DNA of 64,000 bases from an uncultured Candidatus Saccharibacteria bacterium (GTDB lineage Bacteria; Patescibacteriota; UBA1384; DTJR01). The notes under the pieces were generated by a model. It was not told the origin of the DNA. It ran no database searches and saw only the letters and a program-made list of their open reading frames with translations. Of this stretch, positions 1-7,838 are shown piece after piece. The number at the start of each line of letters is the position of its first letter. The stretch's first letter is position 1. The position numbers were made by a program, and so were the translations under genes. The stretch spans positions 123,740 to 187,739 of the forward strand of contig CAZAOT010000002.1 in assembly GCA_964487045.1 (NCBI GenBank). Direction: 5' to 3'.

Positions 1-170
1 GCTAGAATTTCTGATGGTTTAGCCCATTTCTCGGCAATTATATGTGCAATTCTTTTGGTAATAACTAAAGTTTTGCCAGTTCCGGCTCCAGCAATTATAA
101 GAAGTGGTCCGTTTTTATGCATAACGGCAGTTTGCTGCTCTTTGTTTAAGCCTTGTAGTAGATCATTCAC
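1..170 (-). CDS. UvrD/PcrA family helicase, N-terminus (continues beyond window start)
   Basis: Manual translation from GTG at 170 gives [45 protein letters not shown], with the Q motif and Walker A typical of UvrD/PcrA. Not in the ORF track. Confidence 0.9.
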   Translation of the reverse strand, partial: MNDLLQGLNKEQQTAVMHKNGPLLIIAGAGTGKTLVITKRIAHIIAEKWAKPSEIL

Positions 171-258
171 ACCTGGATTATAACACAAGAAATCTCTTGG
201 CATGAAAGAGGCCCAGACACCACAGAAAAACTGCGGGCTGGGCCTCGTGACGGGCTTG

Positions 259-597
259 CTAGTGGCGACAGAAACGTTGCCGGTAGATCTGGATGATCCA
301 CTCGACTAGTTGGCCGAGCATCTTGTCCAGAATATCCAGCAGCCGCAGAAGCGGCAGCGAGATGATCACCCAGTGACGAGCGATCTCTTGACCGTTTCTG
401 TTGCAGTCGTACGTGACGACCGCAGCCCAGAACAGGCCGGCCAAGCCGTTGACGGTCGCCGAAACTTCCGGCGCCGTCAGAATGCGACGATAGTCGTCCG
501 AAAACCTCCAGACCACCATCATCGCGTACGTTACTACTGCCCAGATCGCCATATGTACGGCGAACTGAACCCACGACATCTTCTGCTTCGATTGCAT
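259..597 (-). CDS. GC-rich hypothetical membrane protein
   Basis: 112 aa with 2-3 hydrophobic segments. Has an upstream promoter (717-745) and a downstream hairpin (208-247). Confidence 0.5.
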   Translation of the reverse strand: MQSKQKMSWVQFAVHMAIWAVVTYAMMVVWRFSDDYRRILTAPEVSATVNGLAGLFWAAVVTYDCNRNGQEIARHWVIISLPLLRLLDILDKMLGQLVEWIIQIYRQRFCRH

Positions 598-716
598 CTG
601 TGATGTCCCCTTTCAGGGTGCCCTGTTACGGGCGTGCTGTGATGGGTGCTATTTGTCAAGCCCTCAAGCAGTTTCTGATCTGTTATAAGAAACCTTCTTC
701 AGGACTAAACCTAGAT

Positions 717-745
717 AGTATAGCACAAAACACCCCAAAAGTCAA
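717..745 (-). promoter_or_regulatory. Sigma70-type promoter for 259..597
   Basis: Minus strand TTGACT-17 nt-TATACT, with TG extended -10. Confidence 0.7.
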
Positions 746-887
746 GGCTCGGTACTCCGAGCCGCAGATCCCTCGCTCTAGACACGAAACGAACACGAAC
801 GCATAGTTCGAGTGAGTATTAGAGTTAGAGAGAGTGGGTCAACCCAAAAGTATTTGAATTAGAGCGAGTGGATCAAGATTGAATTAT

Positions 888-925
888 AAAAAAGAAGTCC
901 GCGAGCACCCTTGGGGTCGCGGACT
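888..925 (-). terminator. Intrinsic terminator after the wHTH gene
   Basis: AGTCCGCGA...TCGCGGACT stem followed by a T-tract on the minus strand. Confidence 0.7.
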
Positions 926-944
926 GGATAGCCAGATGATGGCT

Positions 945-1550
945 TTAGCGGACAAAATATCCGCCCATTCTCGTGAAAACAACCGGGGCAGAAGTTAGCC
1001 TCTCGATCTTGCTCCGAAGGTTACCTACGTGAGTGCGCACCCGGCCCTCCGAGATCTTGTCCTCACCCTCCCACAGGTGAAGAAAAATGTCGGAAAGCTT
1101 GAGCACCTTGCCCTTATTCATCATCAGATGCTTGAGCATACGATATTCGACCATCGTTAGCTCAACATCGCTCTCTCCTACCATCACCCGCCAAGCTCCA
1201 GGATAAAGCCTAACGACCTCGGACTCGAGGTAGATACCCTGAGGCACAACCACATTGCTCGTCCCAAAGAACGCTAGCCCGAAGTCGCGCCTAGCCCTTA
1301 CCGGCTGGACACCGGGACAAGCTGGGCTTAACCTCTGGTTGAGTGATCGACTGCACTGGCCAACTCGCGACACATGCCTTCCCGTCCCATACAAATGCAC
1401 CGAAAGCGTGATTAGATCAACGAAATGGCCTGGCCGCTTCATCAATCCTTCCAATAGATGCGCTTCCTTTCCGTCCAGTTTGACTGTTGTACGATTCACT
1501 CTCGCGCGAGCAGTTGCCCGACAAACTTCAACGCCATGAGCGCTAAACAA
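945..1550 (-). CDS. Protein with two OmpR/PhoB-type winged-helix DNA-binding domains and no receiver domain
   Basis: C-half VELTMVEYRMLKHLMMNKGKVL..LW...VRTHVGNLRSKI...GGY is a Trans_reg_C pattern. N-half KLDGKEAHLLEGLMKRPG is a degenerate second copy. Confidence 0.75.
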   Translation of the reverse strand: MFSAHGVEVCRATARARVNRTTVKLDGKEAHLLEGLMKRPGHFVDLITLSVHLYGTGRHVSRVGQCSRSLNQRLSPACPGVQPVRARRDFGLAFFGTSNVVVPQGIYLESEVVRLYPGAWRVMVGESDVELTMVEYRMLKHLMMNKGKVLKLSDIFLHLWEGEDKISEGRVRTHVGNLRSKIERLTSAPVVFTRMGGYFVR

Positions 1551-1686
1551 AATGAATCATCCTTCCCAAGTCTTACTTGCTTTATATCATACATCTACTA
1601 TTCTTCTCAAACGAAAAAAGAGCCACCTTGACTCTTTTTCCCTTCTTTTCTTGCGAGAGAAAATGCTACCAAATATCACGGAGTAA

Positions 1687-1748
1687 GCCTTTGTTGTTTC
1701 GAGGACCATTGCCGAACGGAGCTAGTGTGTCCGAGAAATAATAAAGGC
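1687..1748. repeat. Dispersed hairpin element, family A, copy 1
   Basis: 40-nt core 1698-1737 matches 26524-26563 at 35/40 positions and is enclosed by its own inverted repeat. Confidence 0.85.
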
Positions 1749-1762
1749 GAACGAGTTTGGAG

Positions 1763-2074
1763 CTATAGTCCTAGCATTTTCTTGAGCGCTTCTTTGCTCT
1801 GCACTCCATTTGCCTGATTGACTGGCTTACCATCTTTAAAGGCAATTATCGTAGGAATAGACATGACCTGAAATTGATTGGCCAAGTCCCCTTCCTCATC
1901 TACATTGACCTTATACACATCGGCCTTGTCACTGACTTCCTTGGCTAATTCCTCGATAATTGGCGCAAGCATCTGGCATGGACCGCACCAGGGAGCATAA
2001 AAATCTACGAGCACCGGTTTGCTAGACTTAACTACTTTTTCCTCAAAGTCACTACCCTTAAGCTCTTTGGCCAT
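1763..2074 (-). CDS. trxA: Thioredoxin
   Basis: WCGPC active site and cis-Pro motif SIPT. GGGAGG RBS before ATG at 2074. Confidence 0.97.
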   Translation of the reverse strand: MAKELKGSDFEEKVVKSSKPVLVDFYAPWCGPCQMLAPIIEELAKEVSDKADVYKVNVDEEGDLANQFQVMSIPTIIAFKDGKPVNQANGVQSKEALKKMLGL

Positions 2075-2550
2075 GATATTCCCTCCCAAGAATATTTAAT
2101 TTTGATAAGATTATACACTTTTTTTGCAGCTAAAATCGCGACGACAAAAACTATATCGCCGGTTAAAGTGTTTCGGTAAAACGGAATTGCGTTTACGAAG
2201 CAAGCAACTAGCCCAGATAAATTATGTTCGTACCAAGGACCAGTCCAAACACCAAAATTTGAAATAAGAAAAAAAGAGACTGATCCAAGCATTACCGCGA
2301 ATATTGGATGAAGACGCTTGATCTGGCCAAATAGTGCATAGGATATAAAACCGATGTAGACATATATAGAAGCAAAATTAAATTTCAAAAAAATGTCAGA
2401 GATAATCATTGCCAGTAGCGCAAGGGCAATCCCCTTCCAAGCTGATTTTTTTCCGTTAAACAAAATTAAATTTCCTATCGGCGTAAAATTAGCCGGATGA
2501 GGAATCAGTCTTGAAGCAACACAAATAAGAAGCGATAAATAAAATGTCAT
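2032..2550 (-). CDS. DUF6580-like integral membrane protein, candidate cobalamin transporter
   Basis: SRLIPHPANFTP, SFFLISNFGVW and AIPFYRNTLTGD motifs with multiple TM helices. Substrate is inferred from context only. Confidence 0.7.
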   Translation of the reverse strand: MTFYLSLLICVASRLIPHPANFTPIGNLILFNGKKSAWKGIALALLAMIISDIFLKFNFASIYVYIGFISYALFGQIKRLHPIFAVMLGSVSFFLISNFGVWTGPWYEHNLSGLVACFVNAIPFYRNTLTGDIVFVVAILAAKKVYNLIKIKYSWEGISWPKSLRVVTLRKK

Positions 2551-2596
2551 AATACTCTACAAGGAATTTAGTTGAAATAGCGTTTGTTGTCAAATG

Positions 2597-2715
2597 CTTG
2601 CCCCGCATAATCCCCGGCAGTACAAGCTTCGCTTGACTACGTGGTAAACCGCTAGCCAGCCTGCCCCGTGCGAACAAAGTGAGTCGTTCGGGGAAAGGAT
2701 CTTTGCTGGGGTCAA
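2597..2715. repeat. Hairpin element, family D, copy 1
   Basis: Left end CTTGCCCCGCATAATCC is identical to 32786-32802. Imperfect inverted right end, with nested hairpins inside. Confidence 0.65.
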
Positions 2716-2733
2716 ATGGACGCAGCAAACAGG

Positions 2734-3309
2734 TTATTTGACAGTTAGATCAGCAACCGAAACTGGGTTTTCATTGTCAGGACAATATACTCCAACATTA
2801 TCGAATTTAACGAGTGATAAGTTGGATGGGATATCGAAACTAAAATCGCTTTGAGTAACTGCGGAAGAAATTTCTTTGACAGTCGCGAGTGGTTTGGTTG
2901 GGTTATTTTTGTTGACAAGCGCGATCTCAATCGGTCCACAAGCTCCATTGTAGTCAAACAGGGTAACTCTGATTTTAGTCGCTGAGATAATTGTTAGCGA
3001 TCCAGAAATATTATACTTAGAGGCTTTTCTAAACTGCGTTACAAGTCCTATCTTTTTTTGTTCAAGTGGGTCGAGAATAGAGGTCGTGCCAGGCTCAACC
3101 GACTCCCCTCTTTTCTCCATATAAGCGTAAAGGGCGGGATCGGTCAGTTGGTACCTAACAAAACCATCTTGCCTAAGGGATGGGTCAACATTACTAAGCT
3201 CTTGAGCGGGTGCTGGAGTGGCAGTAGCTTGAGGTGTTTTCTTTCCCGTTGAACAACCCACCAAAAGAAAAGCAGAAACGATAATTGTTAATACAACTGC
3301 TTTTTTCAT
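2734..3309 (-). CDS. Lipoprotein with a DM13-like domain
   Basis: Lipobox LLVGC. C-terminal YNISG..FDYNG..FDIPSNLSLVKFDNVGVYC fits DM13. Confidence 0.7.
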   Translation of the reverse strand: MKKAVVLTIIVSAFLLVGCSTGKKTPQATATPAPAQELSNVDPSLRQDGFVRYQLTDPALYAYMEKRGESVEPGTTSILDPLEQKKIGLVTQFRKASKYNISGSLTIISATKIRVTLFDYNGACGPIEIALVNKNNPTKPLATVKEISSAVTQSDFSFDIPSNLSLVKFDNVGVYCPDNENPVSVADLTVK

Positions 3310-3336
3310 TAATTTAATTATACCAAAACTAATTTA

Positions 3337-3849
3337 TTAGTAATCAATTCCCTCTTTGGCCATTTTTCCACGCCTGAAAGGATGTTTAATTTCCTTCATT
3401 TCAGTCACGAGATCGCTTAGGCCGATAAGCCTAAGATACTTTGGTCGACCGGTTAGAATAAGATCTTTTTCCGCTGGAAGTTGTTTTATAAGCTCGACGA
3501 CTTGAGACATATCAATCAATCCACCTTTAATCGACCCAATAATTTCATCAGCTATGATAACATCAAACTTGTTTAGATTTTCAAGTAAGTACTGCATCCC
3601 TTTTTGCGCCGCCTCCCGATGCTCTTTGGGGCTAATCTTATCAGAGTATAATCCAACAAAGCCAAGACCAAATTTCTTGTGCGTTAGACCGGCAATCTCC
3701 CTGAGCGCTTTATCTTCACCTGTAATTGACTTCGGCGACTTTACGAATTGAGCTAAAAGAATCTTTCGATTGTAGCCAGAGGCTCTAAGTGACAAGCCTA
3801 AAGCCGCCGTCGTCTTTCCTTTTCCATTTCCGTAGTAAGTAATTATCAT
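3337..3849 (-). CDS. cobO: Cob(I)alamin adenosyltransferase, CobO/BtuR family
   Basis: YYGNGKGKTTAALG, QFVK, LILTGR, DLVTEM..KHPF..G..A..GIDY. Confidence 0.95.
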   Translation of the reverse strand: MIITYYGNGKGKTTAALGLSLRASGYNRKILLAQFVKSPKSITGEDKALREIAGLTHKKFGLGFVGLYSDKISPKEHREAAQKGMQYLLENLNKFDVIIADEIIGSIKGGLIDMSQVVELIKQLPAEKDLILTGRPKYLRLIGLSDLVTEMKEIKHPFRRGKMAKEGIDY

Positions 3850-3865
3850 CTCTTATTTTTCTTAA

Positions 3866-6800
3866 CTATGAGCATCCTGTAGTTGCACCGCAGTTTACAC
3901 ATTTCAGGCAATGGCCGTTTTGGACCATAGTTGCTAGGCCGCATTCTGGACACATCTCACCGGAAAAGCCCATATCCTTCTTGAATAACTCGGGCGTTTG
4001 CGGACGATCTTCCATCTCGGCTTCTTTTGAAACCTTCGCATTCATCTTGGTCTGAAGCTTTTCATCTTCCTTATCTACTATTGGCTCTTGGCTTGACTCA
4101 AATGGTAGAGTTACGGCTTTGAGGCCACCATCAAGAAACATTTTTTCGAACCACTGCGCAGTAAAGTCAGAAATCGATGAAGCATTTTTAATATCTGCAT
4201 CACCTGTAAACCCGAGTGGCTGGAAACGCATATGTCTAAGTTGAGCAACAATTGTCTCAATTGGAACTCCATACTGAAGACCGATCGAAACCATCTTAGC
4301 AAATGAGTCGGCCATACCTGCGGCGAAGCTTCCTTGCTGGTTCATAACGATAAATAATTCACCAGGCTTGCCATCATCGTAAAGCCCTACCGTCAAGAAC
4401 ATTTTATGCCCTCCGATGGTAACTTTTCTGGTAATCGAAGTCCTCTGCTTTGGCAGACGCTTTCGAACCGGACGATACTCGACGACGATTTCACGCTCAA
4501 TCACTGGAGCCTCTTCGGATTTTTCTTTATCCTTCTTGCTATTTAATGGCTGGGAGAGTTTAGAGCCATCTCGATAAATAGCTATCGCCTTGATCCCAAG
4601 ACGCCATGCATCCATGTAAATTCGTTCAATATCTTCGACAGTTGCTTCATTTGCCATATTAACAGTCTTTGAGATTGCTCCAGAAAGAAACGGCTGCACA
4701 GCTGCCATCATTTTGATATGACCTTCAGGCTCAATAAAGCGCTTGCCGTGCTCTCCGCATTTGTTAGCACAATCGTAGATAGGTAAATGCTCATCCTGCA
4801 ATTTGGGAGCACCTTCAATAGTCATATAACCGCAGACATATTCGCTTGCTTCATTGATCTGCTCCTTGGAAAAGCCTAAGGCTCCAAGCAAATCAAAATC
4901 ACTTTTTTCGTAATCAGTTAATCCTAATTTTTCGTACGTTTCACTTGACACCTTGTCTCTGGTAAAGGCCTGAGTTATGTCGAAGGCTCCTTTGAGAGAC
5001 CTCTCTATATTATCGATATCTTGATCAGTAAGACCTTTTTTGGAAAGAGATTGGCGATTGATATGAGGAGAATTGTCTAGCGAATCTGATCCGATTATAT
5101 ACTTGATAATTTCATCAATTTCTTCGTTGGAGTAGTTAAGATTTTTAAGCGACTGAGGAACGGATTGGTTAATAATCTTAAAGTATCCGCCACCGGCTAA
5201 TTTCTTAAATTTAACGAGCGCATAGTCAGGCTCAACTCCAGTTGTGTCACAATCCATCAGAAGACCGATTGTGCCAGTTGGAGCAAGCAAACTAACTTGT
5301 GCGTTGCGGAAGCCATATTGCCCACCTTCCAGAAGAGCCTTATCCCATGACTCTTGAGCTGCCTCCAAAATATCCTCTGCAACAACTTCTCGTTTTAATG
5401 AATAAGGAATGAGGTTGATGCCTTCATATTCTTCTTTGGGTACGTCATTAGTCGCTCGTCTATGATTTCGGATAACGCGAAGCATATCGTCTTTGTTTTC
5501 TTCATATTTCTCGAATGTTCCAACTACTTTTGCCATTTCAGCGCTCGTCGAATATGCTACTCCGGTCATAAGCGAAGTTATTCCCGCGGAAAGACCTCTA
5601 CCCTCCTCTGAATCGTAAGGCAATCCCTTGACCATAAGCATAGCGCCCAAATTGGCATAACCTAAGCCAAGCGGTCTAAAGAGATAACTATTCTTAGCAA
5701 TTTCATATGAAGGAAATTGCGCCATCAAGACGGATATTTCGAGTACAACCGTCCAAAGCCTGGTTGCGTGGGAAAAAGATTTAATATCAAAATTGCCTTG
5801 TTTGTCGACAAACTTAATCAAGTTGAGCGAAGCCAAATTGCATGATGAGTCATCAAGGAACATAAACTCTGAGCATGGGTTTGAAGCATTGATTCGCCCG
5901 GAGCTAAGACAGGTATGCCAATCATTGATAGTGGTGTCGTACTGCAGGCCTGGATCTCCACACTGCCAGGTTGAAGTAGCAATTTTGTCCCAGAGATATT
6001 TAGCCTTGACCGTCTTCTCGATATGATCAGGATTAGTCCTCCATCTCAAATGCCACTCACCATCAGACTCTACCGCGCGCATAAAATCGTCAGTTACCCT
6101 AACCGTGTTATTGGAATTTTGACCTGAGACGGTTTGGTAAGCTTCGCCCTCAAGCCCAGCCGTGTAGCCTTCAGCAATTAGCGCCGCCGCCTTCTCTTCC
6201 TCGCGGTGCTTCCAGTCTATGAAAGTCTCTATCTCGGGGTGATCAGCATTAAGAACAACCATTTTGGCGGCGCGGCGCGTCGTTCCACCCGACTTAATTG
6301 CACCCGCTGCTTTATCGAAAATTTCAAGCCAACTCATCAGTCCAGTTGAATTTCCACCACCGGAGAGAGATTCGCCCTTGGCACGAAGAGAAGAAAAGTT
6401 ACTACCCGACCCTGACCCATACTTAAAAATTCGAGCCTCTCTCGTAATAAGATCAAAAATTCCACCTTTGTTTACCAAGTCATCACTGACCGACTGAATA
6501 AAGCAAGCGTGAGGCTGAGGGTGAGTGTAGGCATCTTCTGACTGCTTAAGCTCGCCAGACTTCGGATCAGCATACCAGTGCCCCTGAGCCGGACCTGTTA
6601 TTCCATATGCCCAGTTTAGCCCTGTGTTAAACCATTGCGGAGAGTTCGGGGCTGCATATTGGTTAGCAAGCATAAATAATAGTTCATCTTCAAAAGCTTT
6701 AGCGTCCTCGGTACTTGCAAAATAACCAAACTCTTCTCCCCAATGCCTCCAGCAACCAGCCAATCTTCTAAAAACTTGCTTGGAGGACTTTTCAGGTCCG

Positions 6801-7138
6801 ATCTTAGGATTACCATCTTTATCTAAAATCTTTTTGCCAAATTTATCTTCTTGTGGCACGCCATTTTTTCTTAAATATTTTGAGATAAGAATGTCAGATG
6901 CAACTTTTGACCAAATCTTAGGCACTTCGATATTGTCCATTTCAAATACTGTGCTTCCGTCTGGATTAACAATCTTGCATGATCTGCTTTCATATTCGAG
7001 TGAAGCAAGTGGGTCAGATCCGACTTTGGTGTATTTGCGTTCAATTTTAAGACCACTAGATCTAGGTTTTTTCTTTTTCTTTTCCACTACATCTGGTGTA
7101 ATTTGCTTTGCTTCTTGAATCTCAGTCGCATTAGGCAT
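3866..7138 (-). CDS. nrdJ: Class II adenosylcobalamin-dependent ribonucleotide reductase
   Basis: PNSPQWFNTG, HACFI, ASNPCSE, APTGTI and SGAISKT motifs. C-terminal TSCPD-like domain and Zn ribbon. Confidence 0.97.
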   Translation of the reverse strand: MPNATEIQEAKQITPDVVEKKKKKPRSSGLKIERKYTKVGSDPLASLEYESRSCKIVNPDGSTVFEMDNIEVPKIWSKVASDILISKYLRKNGVPQEDKFGKKILDKDGNPKIGPEKSSKQVFRRLAGCWRHWGEEFGYFASTEDAKAFEDELLFMLANQYAAPNSPQWFNTGLNWAYGITGPAQGHWYADPKSGELKQSEDAYTHPQPHACFIQSVSDDLVNKGGIFDLITREARIFKYGSGSGSNFSSLRAKGESLSGGGNSTGLMSWLEIFDKAAGAIKSGGTTRRAAKMVVLNADHPEIETFIDWKHREEEKAAALIAEGYTAGLEGEAYQTVSGQNSNNTVRVTDDFMRAVESDGEWHLRWRTNPDHIEKTVKAKYLWDKIATSTWQCGDPGLQYDTTINDWHTCLSSGRINASNPCSEFMFLDDSSCNLASLNLIKFVDKQGNFDIKSFSHATRLWTVVLEISVLMAQFPSYEIAKNSYLFRPLGLGYANLGAMLMVKGLPYDSEEGRGLSAGITSLMTGVAYSTSAEMAKVVGTFEKYEENKDDMLRVIRNHRRATNDVPKEEYEGINLIPYSLKREVVAEDILEAAQESWDKALLEGGQYGFRNAQVSLLAPTGTIGLLMDCDTTGVEPDYALVKFKKLAGGGYFKIINQSVPQSLKNLNYSNEEIDEIIKYIIGSDSLDNSPHINRQSLSKKGLTDQDIDNIERSLKGAFDITQAFTRDKVSSETYEKLGLTDYEKSDFDLLGALGFSKEQINEASEYVCGYMTIEGAPKLQDEHLPIYDCANKCGEHGKRFIEPEGHIKMMAAVQPFLSGAISKTVNMANEATVEDIERIYMDAWRLGIKAIAIYRDGSKLSQPLNSKKDKEKSEEAPVIEREIVVEYRPVRKRLPKQRTSITRKVTIGGHKMFLTVGLYDDGKPGELFIVMNQQGSFAAGMADSFAKMVSIGLQYGVPIETIVAQLRHMRFQPLGFTGDADIKNASSISDFTAQWFEKMFLDGGLKAVTLPFESSQEPIVDKEDEKLQTKMNAKVSKEAEMEDRPQTPELFKKDMGFSGEMCPECGLATMVQNGHCLKCVNCGATTGCS

Positions 7139-7156
7139 CTTTTGTTCTCCTTTTTC

Positions 7157-7600
7157 TTATTTCTTCAACTTCTCAAGCTCTTCCTCAAACGAGTCTATTC
7201 CTTGGAAGTTCTTATATACACTCGCATACCGCAGGTATGCTATCTCATCAAGCTTCTTTAATTTAGCCATGACAAGATTTCCAATCTTTCTACTCGCTAC
7301 GACACTCTCCCCGCAACTTGCTAACTTTTGCTCAATATCATCAACCATTTCCTCGATCAAATCGTTCGAAATCCTTCCATTTGACGCGATCTCTATTCCC
7401 TTAAATATCTTCTCCTTCTCAAAATGCTCGATTGTTCCAGATCTCTTCAATACAGAAAGTTTTATCGGTTCGACTTTTTCGTAAGTAGTGAAGCGATTGC
7501 CACAATCCTCACACTGCCTGCGACGACGAACACAGTTCTCGTCTGTATCACGAGAATCAATAACCGAAAGCTTCTCACTTTTGCATTTTGGACAATTCAT
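7157..7600 (-). CDS. nrdR: Transcriptional repressor NrdR
   Basis: MNCPKC..VIDSR..RRRRQCEDCGNRFTTYE zinc ribbon, then an ATP-cone ending AYLRYASVY. Confidence 0.97.
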   Translation of the reverse strand: MNCPKCKSEKLSVIDSRDTDENCVRRRRQCEDCGNRFTTYEKVEPIKLSVLKRSGTIEHFEKEKIFKGIEIASNGRISNDLIEEMVDDIEQKLASCGESVVASRKIGNLVMAKLKKLDEIAYLRYASVYKNFQGIDSFEEELEKLKK

Positions 7601-7649
7601 ATTTTGAGAATTTAATACTAGTTTCTAAAGCTCCCCTCCTTTAGCGAGA

Positions 7650-7697
7650 GCACAACATCTAGCGCTTTCTACTATATCAAACCACAACATAGTGTTG
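7650..7697. promoter_or_regulatory. Tandem NrdR boxes upstream of nrdR-nrdJ
   Basis: GCACAACATCTAGCGC (7650-7665) and CCACAACATAGTGTTG (7682-7697) fit acaCwAtATaTwGtgt. Their starts are 32 bp apart. The second box overlaps a minus-strand TTGACA at 7696-7701. Confidence 0.85.
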
Positions 7698-7730
7698 TCA
7701 ATAGCTTCTTCGAGTGAGTAATATTTATAC

Positions 7731-7754
7731 AAAAAAAACGCCTTTCGGCGTTTT
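7731..7754 (-). terminator. Intrinsic terminator downstream of ftsZ
   Basis: AAAACGCC-TTTC-GGCGTTTT hairpin with a T8 tract on the minus strand. Confidence 0.8.
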
Positions 7755-7760
7755 CCAGTA

Positions 7761-7827
7761 AGATCCTTCGACAGTGCTTAGGATGACATTATTATATTTA
7801 GATCCTTCGACAGAGCTCAAGATGAAA
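7761..7827. repeat. REP-like element, family C, two tandem copies
   Basis: AGATCCTTCGACAGTGCTTAGGATGACA (7761) and AGATCCTTCGACAGAGCTCAAGATGAAA (7800). Confidence 0.8.
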
Positions 7828-7838
7828 TAGCGAGTACG

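Noticed and set aside
167-806. Alternative ORFs 167..574 (-), 310..603 (+) and 600..806 (+)
   Set aside because: They overlap 259..597 or its promoter. Only 259..597 fits the promoter and hairpin layout and looks like a protein. GC-rich DNA yields spurious open frames.
2560-2733. Cobalamin riboswitch upstream of the DUF6580-like gene
   Set aside because: The context fits, but I find no B12-box or GGGAA/GCCACTG core on the minus strand. The region instead shares a 17-bp end with an element at 32786.
3866-7138. Intein or intron in nrdJ
   Set aside because: The frame is continuous, with no C...HN splice motifs or LAGLIDADG block. The length is explained by the known long NrdJ architecture.
7761-7827. 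CRISPR repeats
   Set aside because: Only two imperfect copies with an 11-nt gap. A related sequence sits inside cysS, which fits a dispersed REP-like repeat.
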